Positions 46,715-57,359 of a stretch of DNA of 64,000 nucleotides are shown piece by piece (position 1 is the stretch's first letter; each line of letters starts with the position of its first letter). The position numbers were made by a program, and so were the translations under genes. Location: the IMG/VR virus record IMGVR_UViG_3300034105_003474, positions 64,001-128,000 of that record; one strand, 5' to 3'. The DNA comes from a virus. The notes under the pieces were generated by a model, which was not told where the DNA came from, ran no database searches, and saw only the letters and a program-made list of their open reading frames with translations.

Positions 46715-46887
46715 CGGACGATTACCGCATAACTTTAGCGGCAAGGCTTGGAGACCTCTTTAAAACAGATCCGATTGAACTACTTGATAGCAGCACAGAA
46801 GAATGGATCATACGCCTAGCGTGTGCTAAAGTTATACAGACGGATAGAGAAAAACAGGAAGCAGAACAGCGGAGACAATCCCGCTAA
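46687..46887 (+). CDS. Tail assembly chaperone extension (T), probable -1 frameshift product
   Basis: The -1 frame is open 46651-46887 with no ATG: PYEEVFRELTDDYRITLAARLGDLFKTDP... Confidence 0.6.
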   Translation, partial: PYEEVFRELTDDYRITLAARLGDLFKTDPIELLDSSTEEWIIRLACAKVIQTDREKQEAEQRRQSR

Positions 46888-46933
46888 TTTGCTGGAGCGC
46901 TCATATTCATAACCCTAATACGGAGATGGATGT

Positions 46934-49900
46934 ATGCCAGCCGAACGCGTAGTAATTGATATAGAGGTCAACTCTGACATTGCTACCATTGAGGCTACCC
47001 GTGAAGCACTTGACAGATTAACCAACGCACAGAGACGGTATAACCGTGAGCGTGATCGCGGCGGTTCGGGTGGTGGTGGCGGTGGTTCGGGCGGTGGTTC
47101 AGGAGGTGGCGGTGACGACGGAGGTCGCGGAGGTCGTCGCGGTGGCGGAAGTAGTAGACCGAGAAAAGGTCGTTACGACGGTTTTGGTGGTCAAGTTTTT
47201 GACTTCCGTGGAGACATGGGTAAAGGAATCGCCGCTTACGGGAAATTGTTGGGCTTAGTTAATAAGTTGTCTGCTATTGCTCTTCCCGCCATGATGGCTG
47301 CTTTAGGTGGAATTGCTTTGGCTTTCAAAGCAGGAACCTATTTCATAAACATGTACAAAGCGGCAATGGCGTCATTGGCGTCAGCGGTAGCCGTCGGGTT
47401 TGTTGCCTTAACAACGTTCTTGGCTGCGCAAAAAGAATATGCCGCCGTACAGAACTCTGCTGCATATTTTGAAGGAAACGGTAGTACTAGCGACAGGATG
47501 ATTGCCGCTGGCGAGGCAATGTCAATGTTCACTGATAACACAAAACTCGCTGTTGTTGGTGCGAAGGGCTTGCAGAGCGCTTTTTCAACCTTGAGCAAAG
47601 TTAAACCTGTTACTGGTGAAACAACAGCGGCGTTTGAAGGATTGATGAATATCGTTGTGGGTAGCGGTGGAGATATTGAAAAAGGATCTGGCAAACTTGC
47701 CGAGTTCTTGGCAGCAGTGCAGAAGAAAGGTTCTCTTGCTGGAGGTGCTTCAATAGCCAAAGAACTAGGTCCTGATTTTGAAAAGATTGTCAAAGAGGCT
47801 GGTGCACTTGGCATTAAAACTAGCGACGAGTTTATGAAGGCAGCCGCAGAAGGAAACCTTGGTGAAACTTTTGCTACTAAATATGCCGGAATGTTGGATG
47901 CCATTAACAATACGGTTATGGGTCGTTTCAAGGGTGCTGTTAGTTCAATTAAGAGTTTGTTGACTGACCTTGGTGGACAGTATTTGGGAGAAACTGGTAC
48001 AACGATAACTCGTCTACAAGGAATTATTGAAACTTTTATTGTTCGTCTTGGTTATGTGATGAAAAGTTTTGATACGGAAGGGAAAATGGGTGGGTTCCTT
48101 GACAAAGTAGAAAAAGGAACAAACCAGTTAATTGTTTTGATGACGAAATATCTTGGTGCTACACCAAATATTTTTCAGTTCTTCAATAAAACCATCACAA
48201 GCATAAGAGATGTTTTTGATGGGATGCAGGATTGGATGAGGCAGTTTCGTGAGGCTGGCGAGTTAATCAACGAATATTTCTTCAAACCTATGTTTTCTGC
48301 GTTGGGGCAAAACTTTACAAGAAGCATGACAGATCTTGCTGAAGTGATTGAATCAAACAAAGACAGCATTACTAGTTTTGCAATACAGATCTCTAAAACG
48401 CTTACCGCTATGGGTAAATATGGTGATACTGTCCGCAGGTTGTTTATGGGCGCGATGCCAGTTTTCCAACTGATTTTCAAAATGGTTGAATTATTCTTTA
48501 GGGGTTTAACTGCTTTTGGTAATGCGGCTTTAAAAATTAGTGGTGCATTTCAGAAGTTAGGTCCTTTGGGCAAGTTGGCTGGAGCGCTCGTTAACGTCGC
48601 CGCTCTGTATTCATTGTTTACTCTTGCAACAAGGTTTTTCAAAGTTTTTGGTACCATGTTTGGCAAAAATATGGATAAAAACCGAACAATAAACATGCAG
48701 GCTGGCGTGGTTAATGTGAACGGTGGAATGGGCACAGGTGGAAGACCGCCGTTGTACCCAACTCCTACTGGCGGACCAATAAGACAGCAGGGGCGATTCG
48801 CTAGAGCGGGTCAGGCTATAAGCGGTCACATGGGCGGCGCAGGTGCGATGCTCACTACTGCTGGATTGATGATGGGTGGAAGTTACCTGTCATCAAAGGG
48901 TGATTATGACTCTGCTGGTGGAACTGGGCTTAAAGCCATAGGGAATGCTGCACAGATTGGCGGAGCCGGGTACATGATGTTGGGGCAGGATGGTTTGGCG
49001 AAACTTGGCAGTAAGTCAACGACCATGGGTGCTTCAACTGCTGGTGCGGCAACCCTTGCAGGCGTCGCTGCTATTGCTGCTGGTTCGTATGCTGCGGGTT
49101 CCTATATCGGTGGAAAGTTCAATGACGATTCCGTTAAATCAAGAGGAACATCGGCTTTGGCTGGGGCTGCTTCTGGTGCGGCAATAGGCGCGGTAATTGG
49201 AAACTTTATTCCAATTCCACTCATTGGTGCGGGTATTGGCGCGGCACTAGGAGCGGCTATTGGCGGTGTTACTGGATATATGAAGGCAGGAAAGCAACGC
49301 AAAGAAACTAGAAAAGCGGCGAAAGAACTCACTGAAGGTTATGCGTCAACTGTTGCTGAGGCTATGGAAGGCGGAAACGTTGACGACCTGTTAAAAGCCC
49401 GAGATAAAGCACTTGCTGACAGAAATAAACTCGTCGCCACCAACGCCGACCCAGCCTACGCTGCTAAGGCTGTAGCAAAATATGATAAAGAGTTTGAAGC
49501 ATTAAACACAAAAATTAATAACTACACAGGTAACGCCGCTCTTGCACAGAAAGCGTTTGGTGTAGGAGCAGAACAACTAAACGCAGCGGCAAAAGCAAAA
49601 GGCATCAACATAGAAGACGAGTTGCTGACTTTGCGTGACACCGTCAAGATCTTGGGCGCAGATACGGCAGAGCAAGCAAGGTTGATGAAAGCCGCTTGGG
49701 CAAACATTGGCGCTAGTGCTGTTGGGGCGTCAAGAGACTTTTTCACTCAACAAGAAACCGCCGCTGAAACCTCAAAATTGGTTGACTCTAGCCTGAACAA
49801 ACTTATTACTGGCGGTGCGAATACAGACAATATGAACGCCTACCTGAAGAATCTGCGCGACTTTAGCGTTGCATCATATGGCGATATTGAAGGGTTGACG

Positions 49901-50512
49901 AGTGCTGGAAGGCAAATTGAATTTGACCTGACGGAAGGTGAATTGAAAGGTCTTACTGATAGCCAGAAACAATTCATGCGAGATCAGGCATCGGGTGCAG
50001 GTTTTGGTGGCGTGAATATGTTGAAAAACATTGACATGGATCAAGTGGCTTCACAACTGTCAGGTTATGACGCGCTCTTGAACGCTGGAGGTGGGCTTGG
50101 TAAAACAGGAAAAGGCGAGGATCCAACCCAACTTGATCCTATAAAACTTAGGAAATATCTCGCTAGTCAACTTGAGGATAATCCTGATTTCTTGAGCAAC
50201 TTGATAAATGCTTCACAGGAAACGAATGATGTTTTTGCTCAAAATAAAGTTTCACAAGTTATAAACACTGGTACTAGCACTGGGGCGATGAATCCCGTAC
50301 TTGACGCTGAAGCCCGCCGATGGGCTGGTGCTTATGGCGGAACTGCAGCAGTCGTCCCACCAGCAACGCAACCTATCACCAACAATAACGAGATCACTAC
50401 GAACATTTCTGGTGTTTTGACCGATCAGAAAACAGTTGATCAAATTGAGCGTATTATTGCTAAGGCTGTTCGCGAACAACAAGAGCGTGGTCCTGTGACG
50501 GTGAACTCGTAA
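46934..50512 (+). CDS. Tape measure protein
   Basis: 1192 aa, Ala/Gly-rich helical, hydrophobic GAxxG repeats; position. Confidence 0.88.
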   Translation: MPAERVVIDIEVNSDIATIEATREALDRLTNAQRRYNRERDRGGSGGGGGGSGGGSGGGGDDGGRGGRRGGGSSRPRKGRYDGFGGQVFDFRGDMGKGIAAYGKLLGLVNKLSAIALPAMMAALGGIALAFKAGTYFINMYKAAMASLASAVAVGFVALTTFLAAQKEYAAVQNSAAYFEGNGSTSDRMIAAGEAMSMFTDNTKLAVVGAKGLQSAFSTLSKVKPVTGETTAAFEGLMNIVVGSGGDIEKGSGKLAEFLAAVQKKGSLAGGASIAKELGPDFEKIVKEAGALGIKTSDEFMKAAAEGNLGETFATKYAGMLDAINNTVMGRFKGAVSSIKSLLTDLGGQYLGETGTTITRLQGIIETFIVRLGYVMKSFDTEGKMGGFLDKVEKGTNQLIVLMTKYLGATPNIFQFFNKTITSIRDVFDGMQDWMRQFREAGELINEYFFKPMFSALGQNFTRSMTDLAEVIESNKDSITSFAIQISKTLTAMGKYGDTVRRLFMGAMPVFQLIFKMVELFFRGLTAFGNAALKISGAFQKLGPLGKLAGALVNVAALYSLFTLATRFFKVFGTMFGKNMDKNRTINMQAGVVNVNGGMGTGGRPPLYPTPTGGPIRQQGRFARAGQAISGHMGGAGAMLTTAGLMMGGSYLSSKGDYDSAGGTGLKAIGNAAQIGGAGYMMLGQDGLAKLGSKSTTMGASTAGAATLAGVAAIAAGSYAAGSYIGGKFNDDSVKSRGTSALAGAASGAAIGAVIGNFIPIPLIGAGIGAALGAAIGGVTGYMKAGKQRKETRKAAKELTEGYASTVAEAMEGGNVDDLLKARDKALADRNKLVATNADPAYAAKAVAKYDKEFEALNTKINNYTGNAALAQKAFGVGAEQLNAAAKAKGINIEDELLTLRDTVKILGADTAEQARLMKAAWANIGASAVGASRDFFTQQETAAETSKLVDSSLNKLITGGANTDNMNAYLKNLRDFSVASYGDIEGLTSAGRQIEFDLTEGELKGLTDSQKQFMRDQASGAGFGGVNMLKNIDMDQVASQLSGYDALLNAGGGLGKTGKGEDPTQLDPIKLRKYLASQLEDNPDFLSNLINASQETNDVFAQNKVSQVINTGTSTGAMNPVLDAEARRWAGAYGGTAAVVPPATQPITNNNEITTNISGVLTDQKTVDQIERIIAKAVREQQERGPVTVNS

Positions 50513-51330
50513 TGGCTACCTCGGTGACAGTTTGGGTGCGTCTCAAAGACCCCACACCAGAAGCAGACAGGATGCAATCTGCGATCCCCGGCGCATTGCC
50601 ACTTATCTTGAGGATGCGTTCTTCAGATAGCACAACTGAAGAGGATTTTGTTTTCCCTTATAGTCCAAGAGAAGTGAACATTGGGAAATTATCTGACGAG
50701 ATGGTTCAGATCGCTAGACCCGGAACTACGCCGATTGTTGCTTTCAAATCTCATTCTTTGATGACGGTAGATTTTACTGCCCTAATTGCCCACCCGGGGG
50801 ACGGTCTGATTCAGAGTATAGATAATGAACTTTTTGCTTTGAGGAGAATGGGTTCAAGTAGTGACAAAGTTTTCCAGTTACTTAACTACGATATTTTTAC
50901 AAATTCTCCTTTCAGTTTCAGGAATATGAGTACAGAAAAGTTGCAAGGATTGTTTTTCTCAATCACGGAGATGAGTGTTGAGGTTACACGGCGTAATAAA
51001 GACAACAAAATTACTATGGCTAATGTGAAAATTAGTTTGGTGGAAAACAGAAACCCTAATATTAATCTGACCCTGATTCCCCCGCTTGGCTTTACCCGTC
51101 CCAAAAAAACATGCAAAGATAAGATTTACCGCGATAATCATAAAAAAGAATGCAAAAAAGACAAGACCACCGGAACATGGATATCGGCATCACAAACCTC
51201 GCTTAGATTTGCGAAAGAAAACATAGACGCACAGAAAAACAATATATTCATATGTTGGTCTAAAAGCCAAGGGAAACTTCAATATTATTTAAAGCAGGAC
51301 AGACCCAACCCTTGCAAGCAAACTGGTTAA
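50512..51330 (+). CDS. Baseplate/tail tube initiator-like protein
   Basis: Follows the tape measure gene; FPYSP..V, IARPG..P. Confidence 0.5.
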   Translation: MATSVTVWVRLKDPTPEADRMQSAIPGALPLILRMRSSDSTTEEDFVFPYSPREVNIGKLSDEMVQIARPGTTPIVAFKSHSLMTVDFTALIAHPGDGLIQSIDNELFALRRMGSSSDKVFQLLNYDIFTNSPFSFRNMSTEKLQGLFFSITEMSVEVTRRNKDNKITMANVKISLVENRNPNINLTLIPPLGFTRPKKTCKDKIYRDNHKKECKKDKTTGTWISASQTSLRFAKENIDAQKNNIFICWSKSQGKLQYYLKQDRPNPCKQTG

Positions 51331-51339
51331 CAACAAAAT

Positions 51340-52368
51340 ATGATTTCTGATAAAACGATAGTAATTATTGGCAATGACCAAGCATCTGTTAGGGCTCAGA
51401 TTGCCCAAAGCGTCACCAACATTGGTGTTAGTTATACGGTAGATGGTGCTTCTCAGGTTACCGTTGAACTTGTTGACGAAAAATTGGCTATGTGGAATAA
51501 CAACTATTTTGCTGTTGGCAACCTTGTTGATTTCTTTGATGGGACAATGACGGAGCGTTACATGATTGCTAGTCATGAAATATCTAACGGCGAAGGTGAG
51601 CATTTTAAAATTAAATTGGAATTAAGGACTGAAGCGATTCAGCGGATGAAATTGGACAAAAAACCGCAGGCGCTCAAATCTACAACTGCTTACGAATTTG
51701 CGCAAAAAGTTGCAAAAAAGTTTGGTCTAGGGTTCATGGGTCAGCAACCGACGGGTATTAAAACGACAACAATTAAAGTGAAAACAGAAAAAAACAAGGA
51801 ATCCGTTTACGATGTTTTGGTTCGTTCTGCTAAGGACATTCAGTATCTGTGCTTCGTAATGTATGCCATACCCGAGGGTGGAAAAACTGCTGTACCTACA
51901 CTGTATTACGGTTCTCCTAATTGGCTCATTGGTCGTTGGGGTGTTGAGAAAACCGAGGCGTATACTTTCAAGACCGCTAGTGGTAAAGATGAAGTTCGCC
52001 CACTTTATTACATACCGTTGAAATATCCAAACGACGAAAAAATGAATTTCTTTCTGACCGAAGTTCCTGAAATGCGTAGGTCAATGGATAGCCCCAAGGA
52101 GTCTGAAGGTTCGGCGAGTATTTGGGTGGGGGACAAATATGAGCAAAATGTTGGTAGCGCCTACAATATTAGAGCAGGTATGACGGTGGTCGTCTATGGG
52201 ATTAAAGGTTTTGATACAACTGCCTATCTGATTACTTCTGTTGCGTATCAGTATGGCGTACCTGAACCAGTGAAGATATCTTTTGCTACTCTGGATAAGA
52301 TTTCTCCCGAGGACAAAAAGAAGATTGACCAAAAGGTATCTGAGACGACAGTGATTGGTGGAGGCTAA
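51340..52368 (+). CDS. Baseplate hub protein
   Basis: Position and size; IRAGMTVVVYG...YLITSV. Confidence 0.6.
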   Translation: MISDKTIVIIGNDQASVRAQIAQSVTNIGVSYTVDGASQVTVELVDEKLAMWNNNYFAVGNLVDFFDGTMTERYMIASHEISNGEGEHFKIKLELRTEAIQRMKLDKKPQALKSTTAYEFAQKVAKKFGLGFMGQQPTGIKTTTIKVKTEKNKESVYDVLVRSAKDIQYLCFVMYAIPEGGKTAVPTLYYGSPNWLIGRWGVEKTEAYTFKTASGKDEVRPLYYIPLKYPNDEKMNFFLTEVPEMRRSMDSPKESEGSASIWVGDKYEQNVGSAYNIRAGMTVVVYGIKGFDTTAYLITSVAYQYGVPEPVKISFATLDKISPEDKKKIDQKVSETTVIGGG

Positions 52369-52372
52369 AAGC

Positions 52373-52792
52373 ATGAACATGAGAATTGGCGGCGATTCCA
52401 TAGATGGAATGGACAGGGTGGATTCAGCAGCAGGAGTCAACGCTTCTTTTTCTTCAATACATTTAGGTGTCCTTACAGCAAAAAACGATTCTACGCGGAC
52501 TGGGTTTGTCAAAATAGCGGCATTGAATTCTGATGCCCAACTTGGTCCGTACAAGTTTATGGCTTCATTCACTTTCCCTGTGGCGACACCAGTGAAGCAA
52601 ACCTTGACTGTTTCAAATGGGACAGCAGATCCCGGGGTTTCGGTCGTAACAGGTGTTTCCCTGTCTGCCACAACAACAGACATCTCTGGTGTTTACAGCC
52701 AGACACTCACCTTGCCCGCGATTGGGACACGCGTTCTTGTTGTACTATTGAATGATTCGCTTGATGAAGGTGTGATTGTGGGCTCATTATGA
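52373..52792 (+). CDS. Baseplate spike/gpV-like OB-fold protein
   Basis: LPAIGTRVLVVL...VIVG. Confidence 0.55.
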   Translation: MNMRIGGDSIDGMDRVDSAAGVNASFSSIHLGVLTAKNDSTRTGFVKIAALNSDAQLGPYKFMASFTFPVATPVKQTLTVSNGTADPGVSVVTGVSLSATTTDISGVYSQTLTLPAIGTRVLVVLLNDSLDEGVIVGSL

Positions 52793-53094
52793 ACACTATT
52801 CGTTTGCCGTTGCGGTTTTCACAAACCTCTTTTCAAATGGAAACCATTGAAGATGGGTCGGACGAATATTATGCAACGCTAATTGGGTACGCAATACAGA
52901 TTGAGCCAAATTCCCTACCAATATCAACCTTCTATGGGACGAATGACCCAACTTTTGATCTAAGGCAAACAGGAAAAGTTGGTCAAGAAATTGGTAAATT
53001 AATTCCAGAAATATTAGTAACCGATGTAAATGTTGTTACGGATAATAACGGAACATCTAATTTATCAATCAAATTTGAACGGACAAACAGATAA
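52789..53094 (+). CDS. Baseplate wedge gp25/gpW-like protein
   Basis: LPLRF start, YG..DPTF, 101 aa. Confidence 0.6.
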   Translation: MNTIRLPLRFSQTSFQMETIEDGSDEYYATLIGYAIQIEPNSLPISTFYGTNDPTFDLRQTGKVGQEIGKLIPEILVTDVNVVTDNNGTSNLSIKFERTNR

Positions 53095-54503
53095 TGGCTT
53101 CACCAAACTTTGCTGAATATATTGATCTAACAATCAACAATAAAACAACGGAGACCGTATATAACGACGCCGTTGAATATGCGCAGATTTCCCTACCAGA
53201 GTTCTCCCCACGGGTGGGAACTATTGAAAACGCTTTGCTTGAAGCAATGTCTCACTCAACGGCAAGTTTGATAACCATGATCAATGCTCTTCCTGATGGT
53301 CTTATGGAGGGGTTGCTGAATCTGATGGGTTTCACGAGGATAGAGGCAACCGCGTCAACGGCGACTGTTTTGATTGAACTTTCAATTAACACAGGTGCGA
53401 CTATTGCGTCAGGGACAATCTTTTCTTACGATGTTTACGACTCCAATAATGTTTTGACACAGTACCTGTACGAGACTGTAAACGATTTAACAATTGCCTC
53501 TGGCGCTACTACTGGTTCAGTTTCGGTGATCGCCTCTGACCCCTCGGTGTATCCGGACATACCAGTTCCGTCAAATCTCACTGTTGTTTCTAGCACTCCA
53601 TATATTTTGGATGTGACACTCACGGTTTTGGCAACCGTTGGAACAGACACAGAAACAGACACAGAGTATTTCAATCGCGCCGTAACCTACCTTGGTTCGC
53701 TGAGTAGCGCCATCACCACGGCATCACAATTGACGAATTATATTGCAGTGAATTACCCGACGGTAAGCAGATACAAGGTTTACGACCTTACACAGGCAAA
53801 AGAAAATGACATCGTAAATGCTGTCTTGGCATCAAATGTTGTGACACTAACAACTCGCTACGCGCATGACCTCTCTGTCGGGAACAGTGTCATAGTTTCT
53901 GGTATGGCGACTGCAGCCTATAACGGAACTTACACGATTACTGCCGTTCCAACAACGACTACCTTCAGTTACGCAAAGACAAACAGCAACATAGCCACGG
54001 CAGTAACTACGGTTGGTGCTGTGGTTTTGGCTAGCGGAATGCTTTTAGCAACATCTAATGTTGGTGGCGCTGTGACAATTTCTTTGTGTGACTCCACTGG
54101 AGCGGCTATTAGCGTGGCACAAAAACTTGCAATCAGGACAGATATCCAAAACCGTGTTGTTGCTGGTCTTAACGTTTATATGCACGACATGAATACTTTT
54201 AATGTGGCTGTTTCATGCACGGTTGTGGTTGAACCAAACTATTCAACAACTAGTGTCGGAACTGCCGTTTCTGAAGCAATTGAAGCCTATTTGTCCGTCA
54301 GCGGATGGGATTTCTCTTCAAGTATCAATAATCTTTATCTAACCACAATTGCTTCAAAGGTGATTGGTGTTAAATATGTTTCGGCTTTGGATGTTGACAT
54401 TTCTGGTAGTACAACATTTGCCACAAATAATGGATTGAGCGTTACGGTTCTAGAAAAAGGCGCTATTCCTATTGGCGCTTGCACGACTGTGGCGACAGTT
54501 TAA
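53094..54503 (+). CDS. Baseplate J-like protein with inserted Thr-rich beta domain
   Basis: GTDTETDTEY..R motif, TIASGT, VIGVKYV. Confidence 0.8.
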   Translation: MASPNFAEYIDLTINNKTTETVYNDAVEYAQISLPEFSPRVGTIENALLEAMSHSTASLITMINALPDGLMEGLLNLMGFTRIEATASTATVLIELSINTGATIASGTIFSYDVYDSNNVLTQYLYETVNDLTIASGATTGSVSVIASDPSVYPDIPVPSNLTVVSSTPYILDVTLTVLATVGTDTETDTEYFNRAVTYLGSLSSAITTASQLTNYIAVNYPTVSRYKVYDLTQAKENDIVNAVLASNVVTLTTRYAHDLSVGNSVIVSGMATAAYNGTYTITAVPTTTTFSYAKTNSNIATAVTTVGAVVLASGMLLATSNVGGAVTISLCDSTGAAISVAQKLAIRTDIQNRVVAGLNVYMHDMNTFNVAVSCTVVVEPNYSTTSVGTAVSEAIEAYLSVSGWDFSSSINNLYLTTIASKVIGVKYVSALDVDISGSTTFATNNGLSVTVLEKGAIPIGACTTVATV

Positions 54504-54506
54504 ATC

Positions 54507-55817
54507 ATGGGTACAACCTATAACTTCATTGATGAATCCGAAAGGCTCTTCTTAGAACAAAGCACTTTTGTCGCAACAAATCTTGAAGATTTGTGGACAA
54601 GCAACGGTACTGTTGCAACCGATGCTGCGACGTATCTTGACTCCGATTTTGGTTCCCTTAAACTAACGCCATCAAGCGCTGAGAACTATGTTCGTTTTAA
54701 TTATCATTCGTCTACCGCTTCGGTTCCATCTCAGTACGCCATCACCACCGATGTTGATGGGAACGATTATGTTGAAGCGTTTATGTGGGTTAGACCAACA
54801 AAAAATTGCACTATATATCTACAAACAGTATTGACTGAAGTCTCATTTGCTTCAAACACATCTTCATATAGTTTTGTTGATCCTTTTGTCCGTCATACAG
54901 GGAATGAAGGTTCGCACACTTTGTTTATTGGCGGAACGGATACGCCTACATGGCATCTGGTACGCGCTGTCCCTATTGCTGTACCAGCAACGGGAAGATG
55001 GTCAATAGGTATAAACTTCCGTGTGGTTTTTGCGACATTGACTGATGCACATCTGAATATTGCACGACCAACCCTGCATACATCGCAACGATTCCTATTG
55101 GGTGATTTTTTTACGAGTGTTATAGGAAATATTCCTGAAATTTTTTTAGAGTCCGATTTTGCGAACTACTCAACTAACAATCCAACTTATCCTCTTTCAA
55201 GATTTGTGGATGTGATTACAACTACGGCGGGTGACATTTATGATCAGACAATCTCGTTTGAGTATTTAGATTCTTCCGAGGGTGGTAGCGCAAGCAACTT
55301 GTTCACCTTGAGCAGATTGGTTGATCCTAGGGTTTGTGACAGTGCTTACCTTTCTTGGCTGTCACAGTTTAGAGGTAGACCTGTCCTTATTACATATCAG
55401 CCTTCAACCGAAGGTATTGGTTGGAGTGTTTTTACACTCAATTCATCGCTACTAAGTGGTCTTGACCCGATTACTAATTTACCTGTTGGTATTGACGTTC
55501 TTGGGGGCGATGCAACAAACCTTGGTGGCTTGCCAGCGGGTATTGAGGCTTTTGCCAGATGGCAAGTTGAAACAGGGTATTACGGGCATAATGCTGGAAC
55601 TGTCTCGGCGATGGTGAATGCTATTCAACGAAACCTGACTGGCGACCAAACAGTCAACTATACGCTGTCAACAAATACTATAGCGTTCACTACAAAGCAG
55701 TCTGAAACTTTTGGTTCTGTAGTCGGCGATATTGGTGTATCTAACTCTGTTATTTTGAATTTGATTGAGCCAGCACGACCACTAGGGATGCTTGTCACCC
55801 ACACAATGACTGCGTGA
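54507..55817 (+). CDS. Baseplate wedge/tail protein (gpI-like C-terminus)
   Basis: DP......YLSWLSQF.G, AGT...M, ARPLG. Confidence 0.6.
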   Translation: MGTTYNFIDESERLFLEQSTFVATNLEDLWTSNGTVATDAATYLDSDFGSLKLTPSSAENYVRFNYHSSTASVPSQYAITTDVDGNDYVEAFMWVRPTKNCTIYLQTVLTEVSFASNTSSYSFVDPFVRHTGNEGSHTLFIGGTDTPTWHLVRAVPIAVPATGRWSIGINFRVVFATLTDAHLNIARPTLHTSQRFLLGDFFTSVIGNIPEIFLESDFANYSTNNPTYPLSRFVDVITTTAGDIYDQTISFEYLDSSEGGSASNLFTLSRLVDPRVCDSAYLSWLSQFRGRPVLITYQPSTEGIGWSVFTLNSSLLSGLDPITNLPVGIDVLGGDATNLGGLPAGIEAFARWQVETGYYGHNAGTVSAMVNAIQRNLTGDQTVNYTLSTNTIAFTTKQSETFGSVVGDIGVSNSVILNLIEPARPLGMLVTHTMTA

Positions 55818-55852
55818 TGTAGAATAGTTACACAACTTTAAATGGAGGCTCC

Positions 55853-56113
55853 ATGGAAGAGGAAAATTCTCAAAGTTCTGTGGATAAAGAAATTGAGGAT
55901 CTCCTTCGGGATTCTTTACCTCAAGGTCTTGTAACCAATTTTGTTGTTATTGCAGAAGTGGCTTCCAACTCTCAACAAGAACTCGTACTGTCCATATCGG
56001 ACTCCATGACGCCATGGCTTGCACATGGTATGTTGGAGTTTGCCATGGACATGATGCGTTCAGGAGAATATCAATTCCCTATCACGGAGGAAAACAATGG
56101 ACAAGAATATTAA
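55853..56113 (+). CDS. Hypothetical protein
   Basis: GGAGG RBS; SMTPWLAHGML motif. Confidence 0.65.
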   Translation: MEEENSQSSVDKEIEDLLRDSLPQGLVTNFVVIAEVASNSQQELVLSISDSMTPWLAHGMLEFAMDMMRSGEYQFPITEENNGQEY

Positions 56114-56339
56114 AGCAAACGTCAGTGACCAAGCAGTAAAAGGTGCGCTTTTGGGCGCTATCGGATATGCTGCCAACAAGTACGGTGTATCAGCAGAAAT
56201 CGTTGCTGTAATCATGCCGATCGCTTTGACCGCGCTGGCTTGGGTATCTACAAAAATTGGCGACAAGGGCACAACCGCACTTTTCTCGGTAGTGACTGCT
56301 GTTGTTGAAGCACAGTCAAAAAGCAAGAAAAAGGCATAA
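56097..56339 (+). CDS. Small membrane protein, holin candidate
   Basis: Two hydrophobic segments and a basic C-terminus. Confidence 0.45.
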   Translation: MDKNIKANVSDQAVKGALLGAIGYAANKYGVSAEIVAVIMPIALTALAWVSTKIGDKGTTALFSVVTAVVEAQSKSKKKA

Positions 56340-56419
56340 CTCTTCAAATCCTAAAGATACAAGTGTTGTATTCTTGTAAGGGTAGAGGCTTTTGCGTGCC
56401 CCAATTGGAGTGAGGATTA

Positions 56420-56770
56420 ATGCTTGCAGGTAAATACAACATGGTGTGTGACCAAGGGTCAACCTTTCAGCGCATCATAGAAATCAAGGATGCCGATGGG
56501 GTGGTTTTCCCGTTGACTGGGTATACGGCTCGCATGCAAATCAGGCGAGATATTGATGCCACGTCCACACTTATGGAGTTGACCAACGCGAATGGTCGCA
56601 TAACAATCAATGGGGCTCTTGGGGCGATAACCATGACGCTGACCCCTGACCTGACGGTTGGGTTGACAAAAAGTGGTGTGTACGACTTGGAAATAGTGAA
56701 AACTTCTACTGGCGAGGTTCACAAAGTTTTGCGTGGGGATTTCCGTCTTGAGAAAGAAGTTACCAGATGA
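56420..56770 (+). CDS. Virion Ig-like adaptor protein
   Basis: DQGSTF...LTGYTARMQIR...GVYDLEI. Confidence 0.6.
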   Translation: MLAGKYNMVCDQGSTFQRIIEIKDADGVVFPLTGYTARMQIRRDIDATSTLMELTNANGRITINGALGAITMTLTPDLTVGLTKSGVYDLEIVKTSTGEVHKVLRGDFRLEKEVTR

Positions 56771-57000
56771 CAAACGGTAACTACAACACCGTAGTTGAGG
56801 ATCAACGGAATATTGTCCAAGTAATCCACGAGGAACCCAACTATGTGGTCGTAACTGAGGGTCAGCAGAGCATTGTGGAAATCGTTGACGAGCGATCAAA
56901 CACTGTGGTAGTCACCGTTCCGGGCGTATCTAGTCTGTCCGCAAGAACAAATGTGACTTACGGTGAAGGTGCTCCTTGGACTATTACGGTGACAGTTTAA
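56767..57000 (+). CDS. Small Val-rich virion protein
   Basis: Repeated VV.E...N.V pattern. Confidence 0.55.
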   Translation: MTNGNYNTVVEDQRNIVQVIHEEPNYVVVTEGQQSIVEIVDERSNTVVVTVPGVSSLSARTNVTYGEGAPWTITVTV

Positions 57001-57348
57001 ATGCCGATACAACCATCCGAATACGGAAATACTGGTGACATATATATTGACACCGTTACGGGTGATTTCTATGGTCCGAAAACACTAGAGGGCTGGCCGG
57101 ATACACCGTTTTTTACTGCCTTAACTTCCTCCACGGTAGATATCGCCGTACTCAACGATCGCACTATTTTCACGCAGGGGTCTGCTTCAAGCACTTGGAA
57201 CATCACTCATGCTTTAGGGGGGCGACCTTCAGTGACTGTCGTAGATAGCGCGGGTACAGTCGTTTATGGTGAAGTGCGATATAATAGCAACACAAGTATT
57301 ACCGTTACTTTTTCATCACCCTTTTCTGGTTTTGCTTATTTGACATAA
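57001..57348 (+). CDS. Tail fibre-associated protein
   Basis: GDIYIDT..G..YGPKT; WNITHALG..PSVTVVD. Confidence 0.6.
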   Translation: MPIQPSEYGNTGDIYIDTVTGDFYGPKTLEGWPDTPFFTALTSSTVDIAVLNDRTIFTQGSASSTWNITHALGGRPSVTVVDSAGTVVYGEVRYNSNTSITVTFSSPFSGFAYLT

Positions 57349-57359
57349 GGATTTAAAAC

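Noticed and set aside
47058-47150. Gly-rich GGN repeat as a separate repeat element
   Set aside because: It is an in-frame low-complexity linker in the tape measure protein.
44158-55817. Extracellular contractile injection system or tailocin
   Set aside because: Capsid, portal, protease and terminase are present, so this is a phage tail.
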